A DNA stretch of 54,155 nt, taken from contig CAXHJY010000232.1 in the NCBI GenBank assembly GCA_964016885.1, positions 1 to 54,155 on the forward strand, read 5' to 3'. The first letter of the stretch is position 1. Each line of letters begins with the position of its first letter. A model generated the notes under the pieces. It saw nothing but the letters and a program-made list of their open reading frames with translations. It did not search any database and was not told the origin of the DNA. The stretch is from Eledone cirrhosa (Eukaryota). A program made the position numbers and the translations under genes. This document shows, in pieces, positions 41,001 to 53,624 of this stretch.

Positions 41001-44000
41001 AACATTACCACTAAACAGCTATGACACTGTCCCTAGAGTAAGTTGGTACCAACATTACCACTAAACAGCTATGACACTGTCCCTAAAGTAAGTTGGTACC
41101 AACATTACCACTAAGCAGTTACGACACTGTCCCTAGAGTAAGTTGGTACCAACATTACCACTAAGCAGTTACGACACTGTCCCTAGAGTAAGTTGGTACC
41201 AACATTACCACTAAACAGCTATGACACTGTCTCTAGAGTAAGTTAGTACCAATATTACCACTAAACAGCTATGACACTGTCCCTAGAGTAAGTTGGTACC
41301 AATATTACCACTAAACAGCTATGACACTGTCCCTAGAGTAAGTTGGTACCAACATTACCACTAAACAGCTATGACACTGTCTCTAGAGTAAGTTGGTACC
41401 AACATTATCACTAAACAGCTATGACACTGTCCCTAGAGTAAGTTGGTACCTACATTACCACTAAACAGCTATGACACTGTCCCTTGAGTAAGTTGGTACC
41501 AACATTACCACTAAACAGCTATGACACTGTCTCTTGAGTAAGTTGGTACCAACATTATCACTAAACAGCTATGACACTGTCTCTAGAGTAAGTTGGTACC
41601 AACATTACCACTAAACAGCTATGACACTGTCTCTAGAGTAAGTTGGTACCAACATTATCACTAAACAGCTATGACACTGTCCCTAGAGTAAGTTGGTACC
41701 AACATTACCACTAAACAGCTATGACACTGTCCCTAGAGTAAGTTGGTACCAACATTATCACTAAACAGCTATGACACTGTCCCTAGAGTAAGTTGGTACC
41801 AACATAACCACTAAACAGCTATGACACTGTCCCTAGAGTAAGTTGGTACCAACATTACCACTAAACAGCTATGACACTGTCCCTAGAGTAAGTTGGTACC
41901 AACATTACCACTAAACAGCTATGACACTGTCCCTAGAGTAAGTTGGTACCAACATTACCACTAAACAGCTATGACACTGTCCCTAGAGTAAGTTGGTACC
42001 AACATTGCCACTAAACAGCTATGACACTGTCCCTAGAGTAAGTTGGTACCAACATTACCACTAAACAGCTATGACACTGTCCCTAGAGTAAGTTGCTACC
42101 AACATTACCACTAAACAGCTATGACACTGTCTCTAGAGTAAGTTGGTACCAACATAACCACTAAACAGTTACGACACTGTCCCTAGAGTAAGTTGGTACC
42201 AACATTACCACTAAACAGCTATGACACTGTCCCTAGAGTAAGTTGGTACCAACATTACCACTAAACAGCTATGACACTGTCTCTAGAGTAAGTTGGTACC
42301 AATATTACCACTAAGCAGTTACGACACTGTCCCTAGAGTAAGTTGGTACCAACATTACCACTAAACAGCTATGACACTGTCTCTAGAGTAAGTTGGTACC
42401 AACATTACCACTAAACAGCTATGACACTGTCTCTAGAGTAAGTTGGTACCAACATTACCACTAAACAGCTATGACACTGTCTCTAGAGTAAGTTGGTACC
42501 AACATTACCACTAAACAGCTATGACACTGTCTCTAGAGTAAGTTGGTACCAACATTACCACTAAACAGCTATGACACTGTCTCTAGAGTAAGTTGGTACC
42601 AACATTACCACTAAACAGCTATGACACTGTCCCTAGAGTAAGTTGGTACCAACATTACCACTAAACATCTATGACACTGTCTCTAGAGTAAGTTGGTACT
42701 AACATTACCACTAAACAGCTATGACACTGTCCCTAGAGTAAGTTGGTACCAACATTACCACTAAACATCTATGACACTGTCTCTAGAGTAAGTTGGTACC
42801 AACATTACCACTAAACAGCTATGACACTGTCCCTTGAGTAAGTTGGTACCAAGATTATCACTAAACAGCTATGACACTGTCTCTAGAGTAAGTTGGTACC
42901 AAGATTATCACTAAACAGCTATGACACTGTCTCTAGAGTAAGTTGGTACCAACATTACCACTAAACAGCTATGACACTGTCCCTAGAGTAAGTTGGTACC
43001 AACATTACCACTAAACAGCTATGACACTGTCCCTAAAGTAAGTTGGTACCAACATTACCACTAAGCAGTTACGACACTGTCCCTAGAGTAAGTTGGTACC
43101 AACATTACCACTAAGCAGTTACGACACTGTCCCTAGAGTAAGTTGGTACCAACATTACCACTAAACAGCTATGACACTGTCTCTAGAGTAAGTTAGTACC
43201 AATATTACCACTAAACAGCTATGACACTGTCCCTAGAGTAAGTTGGTACCAATATTACCACTAAACAGCTATGACACTGTCCCTAGAGTAAGTTGGTACC
43301 AACATTACCACTAAACAGCTATGACACTGTCTCTAGAGTAAGTTGGTACCAACATTATCACTAAACAGCTATGACACTGTCCCTAGAGTAAGTTGGTACC
43401 TACATTACCACTAAACAGCTATGACACTGTCCCTTGAGTAAGTTGGTACCAACATTACCACTAAACAGCTATGACACTGTCTCTTGAGTAAGTTGGTACC
43501 AACATTATCACTAAACAGCTATGACACTGTCTCTAGAGTAAGTTGGTACCAACATTACCACTAAACAGCTATGACACTGTCTCTAGAGTAAGTTGGTACC
43601 AACATTATCACTAAACAGCTATGACACTGTCCCTAGAGTAAGTTGGTACCAACATTACCACTAAACAGCTATGACACTGTCCCTAGAGTAAGTTGGTACC
43701 AACATTATCACTAAACAGCTATGACACTGTCCCTAGAGTAAGTTGGTACCAACATTACCACTAAACAGCTATGACACTGTCCCTAGAGTAAGTTGGTACC
43801 AACATTACCACTAAACAGCTATGACACTGTCCCTAGAGTAAGTTGGTACCAACATTACCACTAAACAGCTATGACACTGTCCCTAGAGTAAGTTGGTACC
43901 AACATTACCACTAAACAGCTATGACACTGTCCCTAGAGTAAGTTGGTACCAACATTACCACTAAACAGCTATGACACTGTCTCTAGAGTAAGTTGGTACC

Positions 44001-46713
44001 AACATTACCACTAAACAGCTATGACACTGTCCCTAGAGTAAGTTGGTACCAACATTACCACTAAACAGCTATGACACTGTCTCTAGAGTAAGTTGGTACC
44101 AACATTACCACTAAACAGCTATGACACTGTCTCTAGAGTAAGTTTGTACCAACATTACCACTAAACAGCTATGGCACTGTCTCTAGAGTCAGTTGGTACC
44201 AACATTACCACTAAACAGCTATGACACTGTCCCTAGAGTAAGTTGGTACCAACATTACCACTAAACAGCTATGACACTGTCCCTAGAGTAAGTTGGTACC
44301 AACATTACCACTAAACAGCTACAACACTGTCTCTAGAGTAAGTTGGTACCAACATTACCACTAAACAGCTATGGCATTGTCCCTAGAGTAAGTTGGTACC
44401 AACATTACCACTAAGCAGTTACGACACTGTCCCTAGAGTAAGTTGGTACCAACATTACCACTAAGCAGTTACGACACTGTCCCTAGAGTAAGTTGGTACC
44501 AACATTACCACTAAACAGCTATTATACTGTCCCTAGAGTAAGTTGGTACCAACATTACCACTAAGCAGTTACGACACTGTCCCTAGAGTAAGTTGGTACC
44601 AACATTACCACTAAACAGCTATGACACTGTCTCTAGAGTAAGTTCGTACCAATATTACCACTAAACAGCTATGACACTGTCCCTAGAGTAAGTTGGTACC
44701 AATATTACCACTAAACAGCTATGACACTGTCCCTAGAGTAAGTTGGTACCAACATTACCACTAAACAGCTATGACACTGTCTCTAGAGTAAGTTGGTACC
44801 AACATTATCACTAAACAGCTATGACACTGTCCCTAGAGTAAGTTGGTACCTACATTACCACTAAACAGCTATGACACTGTCCCTTGAGTAAGTTGGTACC
44901 AACATTACCACTAAACAGCTATGACACTGTCTCTTGAGTAAGTTGGTACCAACATTATCACTAAACAGCTATGACACTGTCTCTAGAGTAAGTTGGTACC
45001 AACATTACCACTAAACAGCTATGACACTGTCTCTAGAGTAAGTTGGTACCAACATTATCACTAAACAGCTTTGACACTGCCCCTAGAGTAAGTTGGTACC
45101 AACATTACCACTAAACAGCTATGACACTGTCCCTAGAGTAAGTTGGTACCAACATTATCACTAAACAGCTATGACACTGTCCCTAGAGTAAGTTGGTACC
45201 AACATTACCACTAAACAGCTATGACACTGTCCCTAGAGTAAGTTGGTACCAACATTACCACTAAACAGCTATGACACTGTCCCTAGAGTAAGTTGGTACC
45301 AACATTACCACTAAACAGCTATGACACTGTCCCTAGAGTAAGTTGGTACCAACATTACCACTAAACAGCTATGACACTGTCCCTAGAGTAAGTTGGTACC
45401 AACATTACCACTAAACAGCTATGACACTGTCTCTAGAGTAAGTTGGTACCAACATTACCACTAAACAGCTATGACACTGTCCCTAGAGTAAGTTGGTACC
45501 AACATTACCACTAAACAGCTATGACACTGTCTCTAGAGGAAGTTGGTACCAACATTACCACTAAACAGCTATGACACTGTCTCTAGAGTAAGTTGGTACC
45601 AACATTACCACTAAACAGCTATGACACTGTCTCTAGAGTCAGTTGGTACCAACATTACCACTAAACAGCTATGACACTGTCCCTAGAGTAAGTTGGTACC
45701 AACATTACCACTAAACAGCTATGACACTGTCCCTAGAGTAAGTTGGTACCAACATTACCACTAAACAGCTACAACACTGTCTCTAGAGTAAGTTGGTACC
45801 AACATTACCACTAAACAGCTATGGCATTGTCCCTAGAGTAAGTTGGTACCAACATTACCACTAAGCAGTTACGACACTGTCCCTAGAGTAAGTTGGTACC
45901 AACATTACCACTAAGCAGTTACGACACTGTCCCTAGAGTAAGTTGGTACCAACATTACCACTAAACAGCTATTATACTGTCCCTAGAGTAAGTTGGTACC
46001 AACATTACCACTAAGCAGTTACGACACTGTCCCTAGAGTAAGTTGGTACCAGCATTACCACTAAACAGCTATGACACTGTCTCTAGAGTAAGTTCGTACC
46101 AATATTACCACTAAACAGCTATGACACTGTCCCTAGAGTAAGTTGGTACCAATATTACCACTAAACAGCTATGACACTGTCCCTAGAGTAAGTTGGTACC
46201 AACATTATCACTAAACAGCTATGACACTGTCCCTAGAGTAAGTTGGTACCTACATTACCACTAAACAGCTATGACACTGTCCCTTGAGTAAGTTGGTACC
46301 AACATTACCACTAAACAGCTATGACACTGTCTCTTGAGTAAGTTGGTACTAACATTATCACTAAACAGCTATGACACTGTCTCTAGAGTAAGTTGGTACC
46401 AACATTACCACTAAACAGCTATGACACTGTCTCTAGAGTAAGTTGGTACCAACATTATCACTAAACAGCTATGACACTGTCCCTAGAGTAAGTTGGTACC
46501 AACATTACCACTAAACAGCTATGACACTGTCCCTAGAGTAAGTTGGTACCAACATTATCACTAAACAGCTATGACACTGTCCCTAGAGTAAGTTGGTACC
46601 AACATTACCACTAAACAGCTATGACACTGTCCCTAGAGTAAGTTGGTACCAACATTATCACTAAACAGCTATGACACTGTCTCTAGAGTAAGTTGGTACC
46701 AACATTACCACTA
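29063..46713. repeat. 17.65-kb tandem satellite, 50-bp unit (about 350 copies), inside an 18.6-kb intron
   Basis: Unit actaaacagctatgacactgtccctagagtaagttggtaccaacattacc; contains the palindrome gttggtaccaac. Confidence 0.99.
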
Positions 46714-46945
46714 GACATATGCTGGTGATATAACTGTGCTGTAAACCTTCAGGTTGGGTAAAATGATATTGAAAGTAGGTAGAGAAAGGTACTGATTATA
46801 ATGGCAAACCAACAACTTGAAAAGAAGCAATCAAGATAGTCTATGGAAAAACATACTGTATGGCAGGTTTTCCAGAACAGGTAAACAAACGTGAAACTAA
46901 TGATGATGATAATGATAATGATAATGATGAAAAATCAGTTCTTAC

Positions 46946-47147
46946 CTGGTAGTTCTTTACTCAAGTTCATCTTATTGCCATAAGATCGAGTAAAATGAAT
47001 TGCAGCCTCATCTGGGCAGAGAAAACCTTTGTTGGTCTTCAAGTAAACAATAGAAGACAAGCCAGAAAAGACAAAGGAATTTGGATTTTCATCACATTGG
47101 TATTTCATGAACATAACATAGTTCACCAGAACTGCTTCATTCTTCAA
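46946..47147 (-). CDS. Host gene exon 3 (LKNEAVLVNYVMF...YLKTNKGFLCPDEAAIHFTRSYGNKMNLSKELP)
   Basis: tttttttag acceptor, GTAAG donor, 202 nt, phase 0 to 1. Confidence 0.9.
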
Positions 47148-47171
47148 CTAAAAAAAAGTAAATATATATAA

Positions 47172-47505
47172 CATCAACATCATCCGCATCACCATTTAAT
47201 GTCTATTTTCTATGCTTGGACGGGTTAGATGGGTTGTCCACATTATGAGACAAGTCTGGCCAGCTGGTCGCGCCATACATTGCTCAAACGGAACTGTATT
47301 TTGGCTGGGATTTTTACAGCTGGATGCCTTTCCTAACACCAACCATGTTTACAGTGTGGAATTGGGTGGTCTTGTTAGGAGACAAGTCTGGCCAGATGAC
47401 TGCGCCTTACCTTGCTCATATCAGGACTGTGTATTGGCTGGGTTTTTACGACTGTTGGATGTCCTTCCTAATACCAACCACATTTACTGTGTGGAACTGG
47501 ATGGT
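47172..47505 (-). mobile_element. RTE 3' tail remnant with internal tandem duplication (about 130 bp x2)
   Basis: gagacaagtctggccag...tggatgcctttcctaacaccaaccat...gtgtggaa repeated. Confidence 0.65.
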
Positions 47506-47549
47506 ACTGTTATTTGCATATACATATACATATCCATATATATATAAGC

Positions 47550-47655
47550 CCAGGCTTGCCTGTGTGGTTAAGTTTGTTTCATAACCATAGAGTTTTCAGT
47601 TGAATTGCACTGTATGACACTTTGGACAAGTGTTTTCTATTATAGCTACAGACTG
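47550..47655 (+). mobile_element. Degenerate SINE 5' part
   Basis: gcctgtgtggttaag...cactttggacaagtgttttctattatagc. Confidence 0.5.
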
Positions 47656-47659
47656 ATCT

Positions 47660-48075
47660 TAATCTTTTTCTGTCGCTAAGGCTCTTTACCCAATTTTTAT
47701 AAACTATTTTATAGCAACAGACTGTAATTTAAGTTATTTTCCGAGCTCGAGTAACCGACATCTCCTATACATTTATTTCCTCAGTACTCTGTAAGTTCGA
47801 ATATTTGAGCTTCACACATGATGCTTGTTTACATTTTCAAAAGCTGTTTGATTCAGCTCCATAATTTAGAAAGTAAGATGTTGTCAGGCATCCCTTAGCT
47901 CAGTGGGGAGAGCACTCAGCAGGTATCTGAGAGATATGGAGTTTAATTTTTCATAGCAGCCACTGGGTACACTTTTTTCAGTTTCTAAGGATCTTTGCCT
48001 GATTTTTATAAGCTATTTCAAAGCAACTGACTGTAATTGCAGTTATTTTCTGCACTTGAGCATCCTACATTTATA
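47660..48075 (+). mobile_element. Degenerate tRNA-headed SINE-like repeat with duplicated body (about 47660-47780 and 47975-48075)
   Basis: tagctcagtgggggagagcac A-box at about 47897; two diverged copies of ctaagg.tcttt...ttttataa.ctattt...gactgtaatt..agttatttt. Confidence 0.45.
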
Positions 48076-48089
48076 TATATATATATATA

Positions 48090-49546
48090 TAGGTTATTAG
48101 GTGGGTAACTTGTAGTTACTAGCGGCGACGCTGGTCGAAGCACTTGATGCTGTTACTATGTCCGTCTCTCGTTGGGTTGTGCTCCAGGTTTAAGGCTGCT
48201 GTAGTTTACAGAGTATATATAAAGTGACAATAAGAATTGCAGCTTTTGTAAACTTTATTACATATTACAATTTGTTTCCATATCGATAAGCTCGGGCTTG
48301 ATCATGTGATCGGATCCCGATTCTTAATTTTCAGATATGAGAGTGGTCCCATCCAAACTGTTGACACATGTCCCGTGTTCATTTTATATACATGTTATTG
48401 GGTTTAGATGAAATTATCAAAATTGGGAAGAATGAAAGGGAAAAAGAGGCAGCAAGAATAGCAGATGGGACCATATTGTTATGGGGGATAATGGTTAGCA
48501 TACAAGTGAAGGGTAGAAGAAGAAGAAGAAGGAGGAGGAAGATGAGAAGTAGAGGAAGAGGAAAAGGTGGTGGCTGTGTGGTTTATGGTGAATATGATTG
48601 TGATGATGATGACGGTGATGGTAAAGTAGAAGATGAAGGGGGATGTTACGAAGGCAGAGATGGTGAGGTTGAAGATGAATGGCGGGGAGGAATAAGTATT
48701 TAAGTTTTGGTGTTGGAATGGAGCTGTTTTGAAGTTAGGAGGGATAAGATGAAAAGGGACAAGGAATAAAATGGATAAAATGAAATGAAATAAAATAAAA
48801 TGAAATAATGTGAAATTGAGTGAGATACATGGAAAATGGTTGTTTGGGATTGATGAATAAGGTGAAAATACGAAGTGAAACAATATTACTTGGTTGGGTG
48901 GTCCTTAATTGGTAGTTAGCATTTGTTGGGTTGATATTCCTGAATGATAGGGCTGAGAATGTTGTGTTTCTGACGTGTTGACATCTCAACAGTATTTTGG
49001 AATTAATTTGGTGATCTCCATGGCTTCGGCAATACAAAGCCAGCACTTCCTCTGGGCCGGAAATTGAGGTGTTGCATGTTTAACCAAACTCGAGTACAAC
49101 CTAAACCCAGTTTGTGAGTCTTTGAGTCTCCATACAACGTCTGCCAGTCTGGTGCACGATTGCTTGCTCTTATTATTGAAGGTTCTCTTGTGGTTGTAGT
49201 AACAGGCCTTGAATGTTTTGGATGTGGCCTTGATGCATGCATGTCTGGAATTATGGGTTTGGACCTCACACTTCTATATTACGTTTTTGGCCAGACAATT
49301 ATTTTGTAGGGGACACTGGTTTCTGTGTCGGCAGTTGCATGTTTTGTTGTTATGTCTGCAGTTGGTGTTGGTGGTAGCCTCTAAGGATGAACACGGTGTG
49401 GAGTTCGACCTGCCATTCAGTTCTGTGTTTGGGCTGTAGGTGACAGATTGCCCCGTGGTATTTATGTTGTGTCTGGTGGTTGAGGTCCTTATTTTTTTGG
49501 TGTTTACAGCGGCTATTAGTTGTTCCAGGTTGGGTTTAAGCATCAT
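48090..49546 (-). mobile_element. 3' fragment of a second Naiad-type Penelope-like element (GIY-YIG + pLTR), degenerate
   Basis: KPNLEQLI..CNCRHRNQCPLQNNCLAKNVI*KCEV..TFKACYYNHKRTF..TRLADVVWRLK..KCWLCIAEAMEI..CQH; flanked by (TA)n. Confidence 0.82.
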
Positions 49547-49717
49547 AAACCTCTCTCTCTATATATATATATATGATGATGATGATATATATAGGGAATG
49601 TAATGTGCAGTTACTGTAGGATCACCCACGTGAGCATTCGATGTGTAGTTTCTGATTGGTAAAAAAGTGTAGAACTAAGTAGTGTAACTATGATAATGAT
49701 TTCTTTATTAACCACAA

Positions 49718-50005
49718 GTGTATGTGTGTTCTTCCTTGAACATGGCATATCTTGGCTCTTGTGGTCACTGGTTGTGACTTGATGATAACTCGTATGAACA
49801 TAAAGCAAGATAAATGAAATAATAATAATAAAAGGATGATTTGTTATGTCTTCATAACATTTACATAATGAAGACATAACAAATCGTCCTTTTATTATTA
49901 TTATTTCATTTATCTTGCTTTATGTTCATACGAGTTATCATCAAGTCACAACCAATGACCACAAGAGCCAAGGTATGCCATGTTCAAGGAAGAACACACA
50001 TACAC
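49718..50005. repeat. Long inverted repeat: 138-bp arms, 12-nt spacer, 3 mismatches
   Basis: 49718-49855 is the reverse complement of 49868-50005. Confidence 0.95.
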
Positions 50006-51710
50006 ACACATGCATCTTTAGGTGTTTAGACTTGTGATGTACTTATAGTGACAGAATCTTCCTTAGTATATGGGCAGTTCCCATTAGTACTATCTTTTGT
50101 ATTTCTCCTATACACGGGTTTCCTGGAATTTGGGATAAGTAATCATTCCTAGAACGCCTACAACCACTGGTATTGTTTTAGTTCTCAACTTCCAGCTCTT
50201 TATACTTGCTCAATTTTTCAAATGTATTTATAGATACATTCTTGTCTATTGGAATGGACATATCAATTAGCAGGCATACCCTCTTTTTAAAGTCCTTCAG
50301 TATTATATCAGGTCTATTTGCATCTATTTTTTGGTCTGTTTGGATGCTAAAGTTCCACAAGATTGAGATGTGATCTTTTTCAAGTACGGGAGGTGGTTGA
50401 TGCTCCCACCAATTCTTTTGATGGGTCAGGTCAAAATGCTTACACATTACCCAATGTATGTATTGTGCAGCACTGTCGTGCCTGTTTAGGTATTCGGTTG
50501 GAGCTATAGGACTGCACATTGAAATTATATGGTCAATGGTCTCTGGTTGTTTTTTTACATACATGGCATAATGGGTTGCATCCATGTTTTATTATGTTGG
50601 CTTCATAATTTTTTGTTGGCAGACACTGATCTTGTACTGATATAATCAGCCCTTCAATCTCCGATTTCAGTCCAGAGGATACCAACCACTGATGGGTTAA
50701 AGTTTTGTCAACATCAGGATTATTAGCTCTTTCTGGGTACAAAGGCTTTTCTTGCCATTTCTTAGCCAGTTTCTGTAGCAGTTCTTTCTTTGCAGTTACT
50801 TTTACCTGCTTTACTTTTTCTGTGTTTTTCATTTCAGCAGTAAAGGGAACTTCTGAAATTTGTAGTCCATTACTGTATCTTTGTGCATCTTTTGTAATGG
50901 AGTATGATCTTTTGATCCTTTCATGTTTCAAAACGAGTTTGATCATCCAATCATGTGCCTCCCTTAGATATGTAGATAATCCAATTGTTGCAGTTTTCAA
51001 AGCAGTATCTAACTGGATCAATCCACGTCCTCCTTCTTTCCTAGGGAGATATATTCTATCTGTATCTGCCATAGGGTGATGCATTCTGTGCATGTTTAAG
51101 AATTTTTTAATTTTTGTATCGAGCCTATGAATCTCTGTGCTTGACCAGTTGATGACATTGAAACTAAGTTACTACTGGTATGGCAAGCATGTTTATGGCA
51201 TCGATCCTATTGTTTGCATTTAACTCCGTTCTTAAGATTGCTCTTACTCTGCAGTAACATTCCTTCCTTATCCTTTCCTTCATTGTTGAGTGCTTGATTC
51301 TGTCTCCTTCACAAACACCTAGATATTTGTAAGTTTCCTCTTGATCAAGTTCTCTAATCACATTCCCCCAATCAAGATTAATGTCTGAACTTCTCAGCAG
51401 CTTTTCTCTGGTGAATGTGGCTTTGGCGCATTTATCTAGTCCAAACTCCATTTTAATAACATCACTGAACTGCTCCACAGTGGATAATAGCCCTTGCAAT
51501 TGCTCATCATTTTTTGAAAATAGTTTCAGGTCAACCATGTAGAACAAGTGATTAATGGTTTTGTCATAGACTTTATATCCATGTTTGTTTCATTGAGCAT
51601 TTTACTTAATGGTATAAGTGCTATGCAGAATAAAAGTGGTGATAAAGAGTCACCCTGAAAAATTCCAAAATTAATATTAACTTCTCCAGCTTCCAGTGAT
51701 TTTTTTTCAC
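49890..51710 (-). mobile_element. Degenerate 5'-truncated Dong/R4-like RT-RLE retrotransposon
   Basis: GIFQGDSLSPLLF, FGLDKCA, YKYLG, RIYLPRKEGGRGL, CHVC..ETIDHIISMC, NRPDII, LIDMSIP, KLSKYKEL, AHILRKIL; (TAA)n at both ends. Confidence 0.88.
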
Positions 51711-51712
51711 TA

Positions 51713-51743
<31 letters not shown>

Positions 51744-52153
51744 TTATAGATGTAGGATGCTTATAAAAATTGGTTAAAGATCCTTAGATACTGAAAAAGA
51801 TGTTGCCAGTGGCTACTATTTAAATGCTTAACAATTCCAATTTCATATAAATAAAATCCAGAAATATAAAGATTTTATTCAGAATGCCATAAGACTTGAT
51901 TCTTTTAATCTTAAATTGGTTTCTTTCAATCATTAGATAGCAACCATGCTAGAGCACTGCCTTGAAAGGATTTAGTTGATCATAGCAACCCCATTACCTT
52001 TTTTTTCAAGCTTGGGACTTATTTCATCAACCTCTTTTGTCAAACCACTAAGTTATAGGACATGGACATAAACACGCATACACACATACATATATATACA
52101 TATATACAGACACACACAGAGATTGTTGATAAGAATATTAAGTATAAGCTGAC

Positions 52154-52335
52154 CTTCCAATCATCAGACTGTAAAATTGGTAAAATATGATGATTAATAA
52201 TATTGTCTGAGAGTAGAGGTTGCACTCCAATCTGAAGGATGAGTTTATGTACTTGTATATTGATTTCAGGATCATCTGTAGAGAACAATCCTGCATGAAG
52301 AGTTCTCAAGTCATTCCAGAGCAGCAGGAATTTAT
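52154..52335 (-). CDS. Host gene exon 2 (DKFLLLWNDLRTLHAGLF...IINHHILPILQSDDWK)
   Basis: cttctttag acceptor, GTCAG donor, 182 nt, phase 1 to 0. Confidence 0.9.
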
Positions 52336-52520
52336 CTAAAGAAGTAGAGTTAGTGCGAAAATTCAAATTACATAAACAAACATTTCTCAACCAAGAACTT
52401 GAAAGAAAAATACTGTTAATAAACTCCAATAAGATTGGTTGATTGAAATATTTGGACAATTTAGAACATGCAATATGGAAGTGGATCTGGTCTTTAAAGA
52501 CATCTGGTGAAATATATAAT

Positions 52521-52685
52521 TGTTTCTACTCATGGCACAAGGCCAGCAATTACCCAGTGCATTACTGGTACTTTATTTTATCGACCCCGTAAGGATGAAA
52601 GGCAAAGTTAACCTCGGCGGGATTTGAACTCAGTCCGTAAAGGGACGTAATTGTGCTGCAAAGCATGGCGTCCGACCCTCTACTG
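52521..52685 (-). mobile_element. tRNA-derived SINE copy
   Basis: ctggtactttattttatcgaccccgtaaggatgaaaggcaaagttaacctcggcgggatttgaactc. Confidence 0.8.
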
Positions 52686-52905
52686 AAATATATAATAATA
52701 CATGTTGATAGTTACTTAGATCTGGTCTTTAAAGACACCTGGTATTGATATATAATAGTACATATTGATAGCTACATACATCTGGTCTTTAAAGACATCT
52801 GGTGAAATATATAATAGTTACTTAGATCTGGTATTGATATATAATAGTACATATTGATAGCTACATACATCTGGTCTTTAAAGACATCTGGTGAAATATA
52901 TAATT

Positions 52906-53082
52906 GTTTCTACTTTTGGCACAAGGCCAGCAATTATCCCAGTGTATTACTGGTACTTTATTTTATCGACCCCGTAAGGATGAAAGGCAAAGTTAACCTT
53001 AGCAGGATTTGAACTCAGTCCGTAAAGGGACGTAACTGTGCTGCAAAGCATGGCGCCCGACCCTCTACAGATACTGCCAATT
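52906..53082 (-). mobile_element. tRNA-derived SINE copy (local duplicate of 52521-52685)
   Basis: Near-identical, including the flank tctggtctttaaagacatctggtgaaatatataattg. Confidence 0.8.
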
Positions 53083-53111
53083 CATAATAGTATATGTTGA
53101 TAGTTACTTAC

Positions 53112-53318
53112 CATTTTGTTTTTGTAAAGGATTTTCCTTGGAATCCATTGAAAGAAATACAGCTGCCGTGTTAAGTGTTGTTAGAACAGAAGAACTCAAA
53201 GGAATTATCCGTATCTCAGAGAGTTTTGCAAAAATATCTTCATTGTTTCCCATTTCATCCAAGCTACGGTAGACACAGGCTAACCACTGGGCAATTTCTG
53301 TTATTTGTTCACTGTCCA
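53112..53318 (-). CDS. Host gene exon 1 in window (DSEQITEIAQWLACVYRSLD...IRIIPLSS...QKQN); gene continues off the right edge
   Basis: tgtgtttag acceptor, GTAAGT donor, 207 nt, phase 1 to 1. Confidence 0.88.
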
Positions 53319-53529
53319 CTAAACACAAATATTTTCAATTATTAAACAAAATAAACGAGTCAGACAGTTGTTCTCTCATAGTGTTGTCTATTTAATGTTT
53401 TATACCTAGCTGCATGCTAGCTTAGGATAATCTGGGTGGAGGCAATGTGAGCTGATCCCAAATCACTGAAGATCACAGAGGAGATAACGAAGGACTGTAA
53501 TAAGTGGAAGGATGTTGTGCTGGAAAAGA

Positions 53530-53586
53530 CCTGTCCAACCCATGCAAGCATGGAAAAATAGACATAAAATGGTGATGATGATGATT
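53530..53586 (+). mobile_element. RTE 3' tail remnant
   Basis: gtccaacccatgcaagcatggaaaaatagacataaaatggtgatgatg. Confidence 0.6.
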
Positions 53587-53624
53587 GTCAATTTTAACAT
53601 TAGCATATTTTTAGAGGAAGAAAT

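Noticed and set aside
29063-46713. CRISPR-like array of palindromic repeats
   Set aside because: No unique spacers, no cas genes, and an intronic eukaryotic context; it is a tandem satellite.
48368-48883. Arg/Asp-rich and Ser-rich ORFs
   Set aside because: Low-complexity PLE tail sequence without domain motifs.
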